A stretch of DNA of 64,000 bases from Catajapyx aquilonaris. Lineage: Eukaryota. Positions 14,901-32,793 of this stretch are shown one piece after another; position 1 is the stretch's first letter, and every line of letters starts with the position of its first letter. A program made the position numbers and the translations under genes. The DNA is taken from the NCBI GenBank assembly GCA_000934665.2, contig KZ537966.1, positions 124,001 through 188,000 of the forward strand, given 5' to 3'. Below the pieces are notes generated by a model. That model made no database searches, was not told the DNA's origin, and saw only the letters and a list, made by a program, of their open reading frames with translations.

Positions 14901-17900
14901 CAGGAAATAACTCAATAAAACTCATGCGACCCACATGCAGAACATGTGCATAAATTATTTTTTTTACTCGAGACCCATTCTGCACAAGATTACAATCAAG
15001 ACTGAAAAGCACATCCGTAATATTTCTTTTATCTCCGTTACAATTACAATTCTTCCCCTTCATTGTACTTAACCAGGTAAGATATGTGGTCACGTACGCG
15101 CAATAAAATATGAAACATTGAGCCTTTTAATGTCAGAAAAGTACTTTCGAGTGAAGGGGAGAAAAAGTCTTCTTTTTTTTTCCAACAACGTCGGAAAAAG
15201 ACTTCGCCTGAGGGGCGGTTTTTTTTAATCCATCGATTTCCGTGTTTAAAAATGTGTACAGATTAGTGTTTCACGATAGTAGTTATGTCGCACTTCTGAC
15301 CTCTGGCTGCGGAGAAATATACCAGGTAAGGTTATCACAAGTTCATCGCATAGTAATTACTCTATAAAGAAGCACACATGTCCGCAATAATTTCACTCAG
15401 AAGTTATTTACCAGCAAACAAGCGCTCTTTACAACGTAATTAGAAATCATGCGGCTATAAATTCGAATAAACCCTCTCATTAAAAACTTACATAACGAGC
15501 AGAACACTACAAAATAATGTACCGTACGTCACGCAAAAAATACAGAGCAATGGAATATGCCACATTATTATCGTCAGGTTATCTGACCTAGTATATTATT
15601 CACAAAATGTCACCTATTTTTCGACACTGCTAATGCAATAATAGTCGTGCAATCGGCAAATAAAAAGCCCGCTTTAATCTCAGCAACAAAAAAAAGGCCT
15701 TCCCACACGCAACATCTCCAGAGTACACCTTGCTTTGTATTCACAATCGATATTCAATTCCTGCTCACTATATCCAAACAATGCATGGCTCGGAACGCGA
15801 CTGATCTGTTTGGGTATGAATCTACACAAGTTTAACAATGCGAACACGATCGCTACATGAAGCTTAGTGCCCAAGTTAATTGCATCCGATTAAAGAAACA
15901 CCTCGTAGTCGTCCTGGTTTTATGGCGACGACGACGACCACATTCGTTAAGAGTAATTAGGGGGCTCCCGGAGAGGAAGCTGCATTCGGAAACTAGCCGA
16001 AAATTCTATCCCTATAGCCCACCCCTCACTCGCCGGAACCGATCTCCAAAAGCGATTTCGCCACTGCTAATTTGCTTTCCCTCCTCCTCTCTCTTCATTT
16101 CTTTTGCGCACGCACCAAAGTCTATAGAGAGAGTGAAAAAAAAAACTTAGTTGGCATAGAACTTCCCACCTTGAAAGCTCCCAAAACTTGAGCTTATTCA
16201 TTCCGAGGGACCAAGTCATTTCTAACTGACAAGCCCCACTTCTTCTGCAGCCTCCATTTGCTCAACTCAGCGTCTTTTCGCGACACAGGAGAAATGCCTG
16301 AATGCGAATTCCTTCCCATTAGCATATAACACGGTCTGTGTTGCTTTTGAGAGTCGGCCTCTCTCTTCTACTTCCGGAGAAACACAGAAGAGGAGGAATT
16401 GGTTTTTCTTGGTGGATCCGCGCCTCTTTTCAAAATCGAAAGCACTTTCCAAGAGATGTCGGCACGCATCACATGTGAAGGGTGTTTCATACCAAATGAC
16501 ATGGTAGCCAGGAATTCACTATTTGCTTGTATGAAGCATTATGTAACACCTTGTACAGAATTGTGCCCCCAGAGCATGCCAACCATTTTAATTTGTCGCC
16601 GAGGCACATTGCTCATTATATAATGATGTCCGAAAGATAACATCAAGTGTCATTCCTGGTCGCATGCTTGACATGAAACATCAACTGCTACAATGACAAA
16701 ATAGTGTTCACAAGCACCTTGTATTCTTGCAGGATACTACGCAATTAAAAAACACTGCTCCAACTTTCAAAGATGTTGACTTATTAGCAGCAGACGGCGT
16801 AAAGAAGGAAAACTCGAGCAACTTTCCCATGTCTCGGAGCATTACAAAATTATTCAGCTATGCCGTAAGCGATAGAGTAAACACTACAGTGGATTTATAC
16901 GGCTTATTAGGAGGTCGCGTAGTTCTGCTTGTAAGGGTGAAGTAATCGAATTACGTCACAAAACGCCTAAACTTTTGAACACTTTGAGAATTAATGTACA
17001 GTCAAATTAAATCAAATCTTCCCATGCATCCGGCGAACTTGTTTCTGGTGAATTCCGCCCTGGGGTAATTCGCCCAAAGTCCATATAATGATTAGGAAGG
17101 AGCCTTACAGTTCGGTATTAATTATACTCCGCCCTGGCTTGCAGAGAGGGGGGGTAGGGACAACACGAAGTGCAATTTCATGTATATTACATAGGCAAGC
17201 TAGAGGCAGTTTATCGACGCCACATATATGGCGGGGATTAAATGAGGAAGTGAAAAGCAAAACCCAGACCCCTACAGAAATATAGCTGGATATAATTATA
17301 GTAAGGGGGAAATTTCTACTGTTCGGGAACCGATTTATGCCATTATGGCAGTGATTTCAGCAATTCCCCATAGATTGGCCTACGCGATCTATTCAACTGT
17401 CTGCAACATAAATGACCCCCCTGTCGACGTCTCACTCTCCCACGACTACAGTACTGACTAATCACGTCGACCCAAATAAATCGTTGACCTTATGTCTAGT
17501 GAACTCCCCGAGAAACATTGTTATACGTATACAGCAACACCGCTTTTTTGTTATGACAAAGTACAGGATTTGACGCCGGATATATGCAAATCGCATCCGA
17601 TATCGCGAACAGTGGATCGAACAAGTTATAAAAATGGATGAAAATACGCCAGTCTATTTCGAGCATACCTTTTTGTGTGGGAACACTGCATACTGATACA
17701 ATCCGGTTGCCCATATTTGTGCTTTACACACACAAAAAACTGATACTCTTTCAAGCGCATTTCCAGTACCGTTCTCTCTCCATTTTTAGGTACCTCTCTA
17801 TATACATTTTATCTCTCATAATTAAAAATCGATGAATCATAGTCCTTGCGCACGTCTGGAGATCGGAAAATCATCGATTAATATTACGAATTCAAAATTC

Positions 17901-20900
17901 GATAGCAATTCCAGTGGGCAAGTATTGACCTTCCTAAAAAGGATGGGCCTCTGCCGAGACTGGCATGAAACATTTCTGCAGAAACCTGAATGTAATCTTT
18001 TTATAGAGAGGCCTCCCCCTCCCTTAAAATATTATTCCCTCGTGCATTATGTAACGTATGAGTGGGTTGTCGCTCCCCCCATGTCCAGGATAGATTGACA
18101 TAATGTGCGGGGGCCCAATTTGCTCCCATATTTTGCAACTTATCCCAAAGCCAGTGTTATTGATTTCCTTCATTCAATCTCGTTTCCATTCATTCCACGC
18201 CACACGCGAATGTTACCGGTCCAAACATGTGACCACATGACACTAAAATCGGGGCTTGAAATGACCCCTGTAGACGACATCACTTAGAAACCCATTCTCA
18301 TCAGACCCACGCATGACATAACCAGGGTGTGGTTATGTCCTTTTCCCTTTTTATTCCCCTAGTACCTATCTGCCGTAAACGTGCTCCATTCGATTCTCGC
18401 CCACTACCTGCCTTAATTACCAGCACCAGCCTTCCAATATGCATTACAATCGGCCGCATGTGTGTGCCAAATGTTCTTTTTGTGGGTTCCCATTCTGGGT
18501 CCCTTCGAGTCCCGTGAGCTGAATTATTTCCCCTCTTCCATCCGCCCCCTCATCATTCCAAATTGCCTTACGAGTACTTAGCACGAGGTTGGTCCCCAGG
18601 TAATGTTAACTATAGTACGATATCTGTGTGGTAATGCACAAAATAAAAGATGTGTCGCACCTATACAACCATACCAAAATCACTATTCAGAGTTATATCC
18701 ACACATAAAAAATTTCTCTCATCTCTTCCTTTTCCCCTCATTTCCGAGTATTTACAATTCCCTTTCCTTCGCCACATTACCCTTTTTGAGTGCCGGATTT
18801 CCCATTCGGCCTTAATCTGCTTACCGATTTTTTTCCCCCCCTCTTCCCTTCCCCCACCTCCCAGCTTCCACCGTGAAAAAAAAAAAAAAATCAATGCGCT
18901 GAACAGCGTAATGCCTTTATTATTCTAAAGCACTTTTTCTTCATCAGTGCGTGGAAATAATTTCATTTTGACTTGAAACACTAACGGGCACACCATCGCA
19001 ACCACGCAGGTATTGAGCCCCACTCACTACAGGATATTCGTGTCAGTTGGCCACACTGTACACTAGAAACCGACATACTGTAACATATTTCTCCTAAAAG
19101 GCTTATTCTCTCCGTCGGATATTTGTCCGACCTGATAGTATCACTATCTCTCGCACGCCCCTGAGGATGGCAGGAATGTGCGCCATCTATGAGCGAAGAA
19201 TAGTACTACATTGTAAATCGGCGGGCATCTCAGTCACTGTCATGTACTGATTATATATTTCGCCAAATTTTTGCGAAGGGTTTACTATAGTTGATGCATA
19301 TTCACCGAAATAATTTCTGGGCTAATCAAATGTGGCCCCAATCCATAAAATAAAGATGTTTTTATAGACCTTCCTTTCCTATCCTCACCTTCCCACATTT
19401 TCCCAGGCGCCTAACCGTCAAGGGAGCCCGGCATTAAGGCGGACTATATATCGCGTCAGACAGGAGCAGCAGCCACTCCTTTTAAAAGGATTTGTTGGTT
19501 CAGACATCATCGTCGATATGTTCGCCTCCGCTCCTCCACTAAGGGATCTGATTGGAATGTCAACTCCGCCTCTTGGCTGCTCTAAAATGCTGACCGTCCA
19601 TTTGTTAAGAACGCCCCGATTTTTTTGGATCTTTTTTCTTTCTTTTTTCAGATGGGAGTTGAGGATGGGTTGGGTCGGTTTAGGTTGGGTTGGACCCCCG
19701 AACTACTCTCTTTCCCTCTCTTTCCCCCCTCTTGGCCTGCCATCGACGTGAAGCCAATCCCAAATCATGTCTCCGGAAATTCCCTTTCCCCCCACGAGGC
19801 CCTCTAACGGGACTGCTCCCAACCTGTGCCTGGCTACTGGGACCCACCAGCCCATTAGGAACAGACTAATCCAAAGGCCCTTTGAATTGACTTCCGTTCC
19901 TTCTCTCCAACACTCCCTCTTCGGCTTGTCATCCCATACCATGTACAGGATCAGGAAAGAATTGCAAATAGGCTTGCCCTATCGCCCCTTTTCTCTAACA
20001 CTATTAAGGAGCTTCTTCCAAACTACTGTATACTGTACGAGAAATAAATCGTGCAATATTGTAAACCCATTGCCCCTTCCAACCAGGCAACTCTGCACCA
20101 ATCCACCCACAGGGTTTGCCTAAATGCAAGGATGAACCACTTGGAATTGCCTGGGGTCATGTCGAGTTTCTGCGTCCCCTTTTTTTCCCTAAAAACCCAG
20201 GAATTTCCGATGTCAAATCAACTGGAAAATTGCCTAACGCAGAGGAAATTATATGCAAAAAAGGGTACCCACTTGAGATACCTAACGTCACGTTCAACCT
20301 GTCCGCCAACGCTAGTATTCGTTTGCACCCGTCAAGCCATCCTTCGGATTAAATTATTAATCCGCTTAATATTTGATTAAGGGCACCGCCCAAAGTCAAG
20401 CCGCAAGGTACAGCATCTCATAACAAAACAAAATGTTGGAGCTCCCAGACAATGTAATGCATGCTCTCTATAATCACTAAATTGCTTATCATTGACACGA
20501 CAATATGTGCAGTGTGACAATGGTGGGAAATTGATCCACATGGAATGAGGGTGTGATACATGCATTTGTGCATGTCAATTTGCTGTATGCAATGCATGCA
20601 TGAATTGTTCAAGCCATCTTCAAAGGTTTCGCATTAAATTAGCCTAATGATATATTAAATATGCATATTGTCCCTTCTACGTTAGCGTGCGATTGTATGT
20701 GGAAACAACGGGCTGTATATTCCCACTCAAGTAACTGGAATTATTGCACAAAAAGTACAATTCACAGAAGACTATTGCAAATATAATAACGTTGGTTGCA
20801 CATAAAACAGCTGCAGGACACTCGTGCAGCAATTGCGCAATAAAAGCTTTACAATACGTCCGCACATACGTGTAGTCCTCCAGCGGGCAATAATGCAGCT

Positions 20901-23900
20901 GAGCCAATTCTGCCACTTCAAGTGGAGGAAGGGGAGTTTTTTTTATTTAGTACGGCAGAAACAGGGTGACATAATATGCTAACGTGTACTGCTCTTGAAT
21001 GGGGCACAATCTCATATCTTGTTCTGCTGTGTGTGTTTACCCATCTAATCATCAGTTACCTGGTATCACTGCATCATAAAAATACTTTCATTATTGTCCC
21101 AAGTGCAATATTATATCATTATCATTAGACAAATTGCGTGTTTGGACAGCATTACATTACATTAGGCCAGAGGCACCCAGGAGCGCCCTAACCACATGTA
21201 GCTATGCACCGAAAGCTTAGCACCTTGGACATTTCCTAGGCAATAATGTGTATTACGACCAGTACCCATTTTTATTATGGAAGCCATATTCTACAGTACA
21301 ACATCCAGTTCCGTTCAGCCATTCACTTACGTAATAATGTGGTGATAATTATTCCCATACAAACAATAAAAATTTGTATATGACATCATACAACTTGCAG
21401 TGTTCTTCTAACATGAGAGGATTTGTAAATATTAAGTAAATCGTTCGCAATATATTGTGCCATACTCTGACTGGTATCGGGCATGTGCGGCCGTTATTAC
21501 ATGTCGGATAATTAATTAATTAAAGCCACTGGAGCACACCTTTCACGGCTTTTACTTTTATGAAGCCACAAACCTGACAGAACCGTCGTCTACGCAGACT
21601 ACCCAAGCCAGATCATGTTTGCTCATTCATTTTTCAGAAAATCTCATGGTAGAGCCTTGGCCAAAAATCGATTCCAATAGAGTCACTCCAATAAAGCTCA
21701 TTTAATTCCCCAATCTCAATACTGACCCACTACATTTCGACATCTCATAAATTCGGTACGAATGTCCACCCAAATACTATAGGAGAATTGATGATTAATA
21801 TCTTAACTGTTTATGAATAAAATACACAATTCCGGGGGCACAAAGGCTGCTGGACATACTCAGGTGAACACATTCGCTCTCCTTGAATGCAAGACCTGCC
21901 CAGCCAAAAGTATGCTTCCAGGCTCAAGCACATTCAGGGCATACAGGGTAATACCAATCATGAATTATTGATGACTGCAAAAAAAAATAGCACGTGCATC
22001 ACATCTTGAGAGGTTCATGATCCTATCCAATAGTGAACTGTTTCGGCAAAACCCGGACCCCTCATGAATGTTTGAATCTCGCGGTAAAAAAGCACAGGGA
22101 AATTCTAGAAAATGTCTGGTAACGACACGCAATAATAATAATAATTTGAAAAAAAGCCAGCCCATTCCGCCAAGCCCCCGACATAGCAACAAACGAGAAG
22201 GCCAACGACTATCCAACCACCCTCCAAAAAAAAAACAGTGTTTGTAGAAGAAATCAGGCCCTAGGGGGCCTCCAGCATGGAAAAAAAAAGGGGGGGGGAA
22301 GAAGGCACATTTCCCTCAGTGGCAAAGAAGCAACTAACTCTTCTGGGGCAGAGGTAATAGGGGCAGGTTTCTGGGCAATCCCGTTCCGGATAAATTCGCC
22401 CCGTTTGGATATTGCAGCACACCCTCCACAAAAAGCGCCGCTTTTTGCCTTCCACAGAAAACTAACTCTTCCCTTTTCCCTCGCTCATAACGGCTTTGAA
22501 GAAGGCTAACTGCTGCACTTGGTCGGCCCGAAATGCTCTGAAAGCAAGGGTTGTATACAGTAACCCACGGCCCTTCTCAAATTGCACATCTCTACACCCC
22601 CAACCAAGTTTCAGCATCTATTATGAGCCAGGGAAATGAGCTCCACCGGGGCCTTCAGACGGCCCAAAACTACAACACAACAGGACTTGTCATTGCCTCG
22701 ACCTAGCCCCCTTCTCGTTACCACGGGACTCTCTCAAAACTATTTACTGTCCACCCCGATAATCGAATTTCTAATCCTGAAGGGCCGCCTTGAGTCTTTC
22801 GGCCCATAACGATGTCGTCCTGGCCCTCCAGGAAATGATTGCTAACGTCACGACGTCATAGATTGAAGCACTCTGTGACAAAAAAAAAAAAAATGTAAGC
22901 GATATTTCTTAACAATAAGTACTAGAAGAAGAAAAATAAAACTAGTGCACAAAACATTTCCTCGAGTGCTTAACGGGTCGTAAAAATAGTTGAAGATATG
23001 TAACCTGGCACGTCTTAATGGTGTTTGCCTCGTTGATATGTCAGCTTTTTACTGTGGTGAGCGGAAACATTTCAAGATTCAGTAATGAAGAGGATGCATT
23101 TTCATAAGGGTACTTTACATACAAATCCAGACTCTCAAGGTCTTGGAAGCAGCAAAAAGTGACTTACTTGTTTGTTTTGCAGACACACACAAAATCCGGA
23201 TCTTTTTTTTTAAAGAAATCATCTCTACATGATAAGGACTGTTAAATATTTCAGTTGGCGCTACGAATATATTAGGCTATATGCTGAGCAAGTGGTATAA
23301 ACTTACAATATTAAACAAATCGACGCAATATTAAGCAACGTGCTTTCTCATTGCTTCCTAATGTGGACATTATTATTTTTATCAGCACATGTTGCAACAT
23401 TATAATGCATGCATCCATGTAGAAATACAATATGTAGAGTACCAAGATTAGTATTATCTTATCAACTTCTTGATAAAAAAATTGTACTTATCATCCTTTT
23501 TGACAGGAAAATGCATGGCACGATAAGTACTTACATTTATCAACATGTTTGTCAAGTAAGAAGTGTAAGTACATCACGCACATTTGTCTTCCGGTACAGT
23601 ATACAGTTGTCTGATCCTTCCAGAAGCATGTGGCTTTGGCAACGTGGACCGAGATGCTGCGGAGGCGGAGGATTTATCCCAAAAAATTGCCCTCTTTTTT
23701 TCTCTCTCTCTCTCTCTCTTCTTCCTCCAGACCGACCTTCAGCAAGAATCGATATGTTCTACGGCGTGACCGGACCAAAAGAACAATTATTGAACTCCCC
23801 GGTTCGAGACACACCCGAGAGATCAACGCCAACGTCACACGCCATCAGAAAAATATATACACAAGCTAAATAAATCATGAGTTCCCACAGATTCGAGCTG

Positions 23901-26900
23901 CGGAATGTCAAATCTAATTCCACAGTCACGGCAGCTTTGCCAGGACATGAAAGTCTACACATTCCACGACTGTTTTTTTTCGCGGTACGTCAGATTAACA
24001 TGTAGAAAATTGACCGCAAAGTATACAGGGAAAAGTCCCTCACCCCGACGCGACAGTGTCTCTACCTTGAAGTGGTGGTGGGGATTTGCGTTTCTCCCGT
24101 GACCCCAAGAGCTATGCCGGCGGTAGCTAAGTTTACGGGAGGTGCCACCCAAGTCAGGTCTTTGGGATAGGAGACAGACTCTCTTCGTTTCTGTCTCCAT
24201 CTGCCCCACCTTTGCATCTTCTGATGGCCAGATAGCCATAGTTGGTTTGGCTTCTTCATAATAAGCCTAAACCTAAGCAGGAAATTGTTTTTTTTTTTTG
24301 TACGAATTCGGTCAGTGGTGCCATCTCGTATTGTTTTCAATATTGTCGTAGTTTTCCTCACAAGGTGGCATAGAAATGTACATGGGGAGTCAAAAGTGGG
24401 TCACAGTACCCCCAAGGGAAAGGGGGGCCAGAGTATCCCCACCATTTTGCAGGGAATGAGACCCAGCGCCTGAAACTGTTGATTTATGCCAACTACGTTT
24501 CACTACCGGACCCAGATACAGTGCACTTAATATACATGACGTTAAATTCCCCCAAGCTGTATTCCCTCGGGTATTGTTTCCGACTGCGGGAATAACGGAA
24601 GCAGTCAAGGTAAGAATAAATTCTCCGACACAAGCCTCCGGGTCCGAAAAGCCGCCTTATCTTGACTCCCCGAGAGAAGTTCCTCATCTGTCAATGGTGG
24701 CATTTCCAACTGGCTCTAATTCCCCCACAAAACCAAAGTTTACAGAACAAACAAGTGCGCATTTCAACTGATAGGGACTAATCCGCCACATACGAATTTC
24801 CACTACTATATGATGGTGGTAAATCTGGCCCTACTTGTCTCCTCACATTTTGCTCTAGAAGGATGCCCACTTATTTGCATTTCAGATAACCTTCCCTCCC
24901 CCCATCAAGAAAGCCAGTAATGATATGGGGGACTATAAATGTGTAAAATCTTGGGGGCTGAGAAAACCCGAAGGATTGTCCCAAGAGGTCATAAAAGGGG
25001 AAGAGTGAGATTTGCAGGAGTTATGGAACTTGGATCTTCAACGCCACTTGGCTGTCCTGATGGCACCCATTTCGGCAGTAAGTTTCCTCTCGGATGAAGA
25101 AAAGGAGAGAAGACGAGTACCCAAAAAAAAAAAAAGTTTTGCCAACTAAGAAAAGCCTCGGTCACGTCCATCAGGCTGGGAAATTACATTCAACTTAATT
25201 ATAAGAGGAAAGAAACAACTCAACTTCATTTTTTGGCCCGGTTTCAGTTTCAGTTCAAAATTTTTTAAGACTTTTGCCATCATGTACCGACATCGCCGTA
25301 CCGTACAAAAAAAGGGGGGGGTCTCACAAAATTAAACCCTATTAGATTAGGACGCATGGCAACAGATCTCTTTTCCTCGCCAGCTCAAATTTTAAAAAGT
25401 CATTAAAACGTCCATCTCATCCTGCGCCTAAATTAGGGTTAACTGTGACCAGCCCCCAGTTTTTTTTTCTCTCTCTCTCTCTCTCTCTCTAAAACCCTAG
25501 TCCCATGCCTGCTATATATAACTTCCATCAGGGTGAGCACGAGAGGAGGTCATTTCCATTACCAATTTTAACATTTTCATTAGGGAAGAGACTGCACTCA
25601 CTTTCCATCTCCTGATCCCCGACCACCAAAAGCCGTTAATTAACTAGGGAAGATTCCTCACGTCGTAATTAGCGCCCACTTGTATTTACTGCACTGACAG
25701 CATAGTGCATACTTTACTTTTAGACCCAAAATACAGCTTCGTGCTTCCGTGAATATCCGATACCCTTTTTCCACGAGAGAGATGGTCACAAAAGTTCGTG
25801 AGGTGTCGCACTTTATCAAACCCCGTCACGGTATGACATTTTGCACAAAAAAATAATAATAACAATAATAACATGATGGGTGGAGGCTAATATGCATCTA
25901 CGGAATGAACATCTCTCCAAAAAGTCCACTTTGAACGATGGAAAATATAATCAGTCCCCCTCAAGAAATTCCGCTCTACTTTTCCAACCAGGAAATCAAT
26001 TAAATGCCAATCTCCGGTAGTTAAATACCATAGTGCAATCTCTCCTTTCGGATACAATATTGTATTGAAGGGGGGGGAAAAAGAGTGTCGTGATTTTGGT
26101 GCTAGCTCCGAATTTTTTTAAAAAATAAATAAAAAAGTTTTGCCGGACCTGGCAAGCTTCATTCCAAAATTAAACCCCATTCATCCCCCCAGCACCAAGT
26201 ATGAAAATCCTTCCTTCCCACAGCAGCCTTAACCGCAGAGATCAAACGGCAGAGCAACTTTGCCAAGTCTTCGGATTTACTTTCTACCTTATCCCCCTCG
26301 AGAGAGAGAACCGAAAGGAAAACGTCCCCGCCAGCTGACTCCTCTTCAGGAAGACGACCCCAAAAAAAATGTTTTTTTTTTTTCAAAAAAAAAGGACCCC
26401 AACCTCCAGCATCCGAACGGATCATTCGGCAAATGCTTAAAATGCAACCAGGTCTATCGGGAGAACTTCAATGATTGCTTTACTATCCAGCCATTATTCC
26501 CTTTTCCTTAGGAAAAAAAAAAAAACTCGGCTGACTCCAACTGCTTCAATTGGGAATCACGTGGCTGCGAATGAGACCGGCATCCCAATGGGCTATCACT
26601 CACCCTGTGTGAATGCAGTCAAGATCACTAAATTTTTCCACCGTTTTCCTTGTCGGATGAGGAAATTCCCAGGTTTTCTCAGGAATCTGCCTGTGAACCA
26701 CTTCGGTCCTATTCGGGCTCCTTCAAAATGTGCAGTCAAGTGTGTAGAATGCCAAACTTGAATAGGTGTGGGCATAACACTTGGCATCTGCGTCGTTGAA
26801 TATCTAGCACAATAACGTATGTAACATAACAGCTGCAAGCCTATTAAACTCTTCCTCATTGACTTTTGCAAGTGCGTCACATCTGTTTTCATACACTAGA

Positions 26901-28244
26901 AAACTAAAATAAAAATTAATATACAAGCGTCAACCTGCCGTGTTGCAACAAAATGCGAAAAACAAGTCCTGCCGCATTCTTTAATCCAAGGTTGTATCTG
27001 CGAGTAAAATTACCTAGCGTAATGAAATTAGGGGCTGCAACATTCCCTAAGAATGAAATGTGCACCGGCCAGAAGTTACATGCCTGTACAGTGCAGGTCT
27101 CAGGAGGCATCTCAACTACTTATGCTGACATTTCTCTTAATTGTTGGGCATTGTTTCCTTGCTCACATTACACTTGCATCGTGCTTTAGTGGACCGGAAA
27201 GGGCAAAATTAGGTCGCGCTAGTGGAGCAAATGACAAAATGTAGGGACAGTTGAGTTTAATTTTGCGGTGTTAGCCAGAAGTTGGCAGAGATAAGACCTA
27301 ATCAAATTCAAGTAGCACTGCAGAATAACAAGCCAACGGTCCCAAAGATTTGCGAGCAATATAATGCACGATTATTAATGGATGTTACTGTTGTCCTTGA
27401 TCAATTGACATGATCGATTGATTTGGCACAATTGCCCTCATGACTTGGCATCATACACACATACAAATCAATGTAAGATGATATCACCTTCTTTATCTAA
27501 TACATTTTAAGCCACCCTACATTTAAGTGTTCAACTTTGCATTTTGAATCACTTGTCTGTATTCAATAATCGTTCATTAAATATATATCTCATTGCACTG
27601 TACTTTCTCTGCACATTACAATGCACCCCAACTTGCCACACCCATCCGTAAATTAACATCCTGCTTCCTGCAACTCTATGACTCGAATGTTCAACTGTCG
27701 CACAAATAATGCCATCAAATTGTTCAACACATGATTGGAAAATTGCCATTTGTTACACGAATAAACATGTGGAATACATTTAGGCGCATTCATGAATTCA
27801 CCTGCTTCGTACTACACTGTCGTACAATATCTCAGATGTCGTTCAAATGTGAATAACAACTTCAATTTAGCCGATACGACCACTCTTGAATGACACGACT
27901 GAACATTTCATACGATGCCAGGGAATGACCACAAGCGGAACACTGCTGCTGCGAATCAACCAAGCGAACGCCAGTGTGCAAAACTAATCATCTCCCTTGG
28001 CTGCCAGCTGACTCAACCCCCCCCTCAAAATATTCCAAAACGCTACACTGTAACAAGATAATCCGTTATTTGCATCCAACACCCTTAATCCGTAAACCAA
28101 GTTAGCATCCGTGGAGTACGAAGCGCACGTTCCAAGTGCTACGCCAACACCCAGGTGCGGCCTGCTGTCATGCAAAAAGAACAGCAGAATCTGGAGCAGA
28201 GAAGCCTAGGCCTGAGCAAGTAAAGAGGAAGGTTGGGGACTCAC

Positions 28245-28640
28245 CAGTTCTGACAGCACAGGTGATCCGAGGTCAAGGGTTGAAACCATCAAAACTGTGG
28301 GTCTGTAAATCACAATGTTTGTCTCTCTCTCTCTCTCTCTTTTTTTGTGTGTGTTGTTTCTTCTGGCGGAATGGGTGCGGGGGAGGGTGGCAGGGGCAGA
28401 GGATCTGCACCCCCAAAAAACCAGCCCAGAACCAAAACACGCCGCCGCAAAATTTCGCCTTTTCGCAAATCGGCCGCGTTCAGTCTATCCGCACCTATCA
28501 GGTTGCTTAACGGATCCGGTTGACGTCACGATGCTAGACCAATCGGGCGGCTGGGAATGGCTGGCGGTTAGTAAACGGATGGACCTGCCGGGTGGCGCGA
28601 CTGAACGCGGCACGTTGCAAAAATTTTCAGCGGCGACGGC
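28245..28640 (-). promoter_or_regulatory. Putative promoter and non-coding first exon of a leftward gene
   Basis: CpG-rich patch with TGACGTCA (28521-28528) and CCAAT (28539-28543), followed on the minus strand by a GTGAGT donor at 28239-28244. Confidence 0.4.
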
Positions 28641-28801
28641 GTGTCATACTGTAATCAATGCAGCCTCAATCTGAAGGGAAGTTGTAATAAATTGGGGCAG
28701 TTGACCAAAAATGGATTCTGAAGTGTTGCTGGATGGACCGCTGCTTCAGGCAGGGCTCGGCATTGCAAACAGTGGTGAAGATCATACTCTTCACTTACTG
28801 T

Positions 28802-29196
28802 AAACAGCGAACCATAAGAGCATTACTAGGGAGTCTCCCATAGAGCATCAATTTTTAATGCTCTTGTAATGCTTTTTTGTTGCTAAAAAGCATGACAAGA
28901 GCATTTAAAATTGATGCTCCATTGCTTTAAAAAATGCATCAGAACAGCATCACAAGAGCATTAAAAATTGGTGCTCCACTGCTTTAAAAAAGCATTAAAA
29001 ATTGACGCTCCATTGATAAAAAGCATAACTAGACCATCACAGGAGCATTAAAAATCTATGCTCCATTGCTTTAAAAAAGCATTAAAATTGATGCTCCATT
29101 GATTAAACGAACATCACAAAATCATTACAAGAGCATTAACAATTGATGATCCATGAGAGACTCGGTTAGTAATACTCTTCTAATGGTTTCCAGTTT
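28802..29196. mobile_element. Foldback-like element: long imperfect inverted termini around internal tandem repeats
   Basis: gagtctcccatagagcatcaatttttaatgctcttgtaatg is mirrored by cattacaagagcattaacaattgatgatccatgagagactc. The interior has repeated agagcattaaaaattgatgctccattgctttaaaaaa-like units. Confidence 0.7.
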
Positions 29197-29689
29197 GCTC
29201 ATTGGACCGCAAACGTCACCCATTTACCTACAATCCTAAATAATCACACTTTTATGTACATGCACGGCATTTAATTACACGCTTCACAATAACATTTTCG
29301 CACACCATCTACCATCAGGAAAATTTATCTACACAATAACTTGGAAGCACTATTGAACCATCACTTATACACAATAAGCAATTTGCAAGAACAACAAAAC
29401 CTAAATTGCGTTGTGCTATTATTATAGGAGTGCGGATTCTACATTGTTGATAAACATACAATTTGGAGTATAAGTACAGAGAGGAGCCAAAAAAATATGG
29501 TAGAGCTAACTGGGGATTAACAAAAAAAAAAAAAAAGCACTGGGATTAATATCTTGCCAATGCTTTTTTTGGCTTAATAGATATGCATTTTGCAACTCAG
29601 ATTGTACACCATTCATTTCCATTCGTCTCGACTTGTCGCATTGATTTTTAACAGATTCGTTACCAGGTTACAGATCTTGGAGAGGATTC

Positions 29690-32361
<2,672 letters not shown>

Positions 32362-32793
32362 CTATAAGGCAGGGGGTAGTGTCCGCCCCTGGGCCGCCCC
32401 TGGATGCCGCACAACGGGCGAGGCCTGGAATCGAACGGGGGAAATGCCAACCCGGTCGAGGCAGGAAAAAGGGGGGCGTATCACAAGGAACAGCGATCGC
32501 ATCACGGTTACATTCTAACCGCTGCTTTCACCCCCATCCCACATCCCACGCAAGCTACAAATAGCGCTTAATGCCATCCTTTCTTATCGGCCTGTTGGCA
32601 ACACTGTGCGGTTGGCAACACTGGTCGAACCGTCCGCTAGAGGCGCTGGTTGCGACAAAAAAAGGAATGAAGGTCTGATTGCGCCGATTTGCGACTCGCG
32701 AAATTTTGGCACGGAACAAAAAAGGACTGGTCGTACCGGGTCATACAGTAAGTACGCTGCAATCAGAGCACCGAGCCTGCTACAATCAACACT

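Noticed and set aside
15690..26230. Several Su(H)-like TGTGGGAA/TTCCCACA sites
   Set aside because: Scattered, and the count is close to chance expectation for 28 kb.
400..28100. Numerous 60-170 aa ORFs in the ORF track
   Set aside because: No recognisable motifs, many use non-ATG starts, and several run through homopolymer or microsatellite tracts, consistent with chance ORFs in non-coding DNA.
28880..29150. Repeat units superficially like a CRISPR array (also 32909-33104)
   Set aside because: Eukaryotic context, degenerate units without unique constant-length spacers, and no cas genes.
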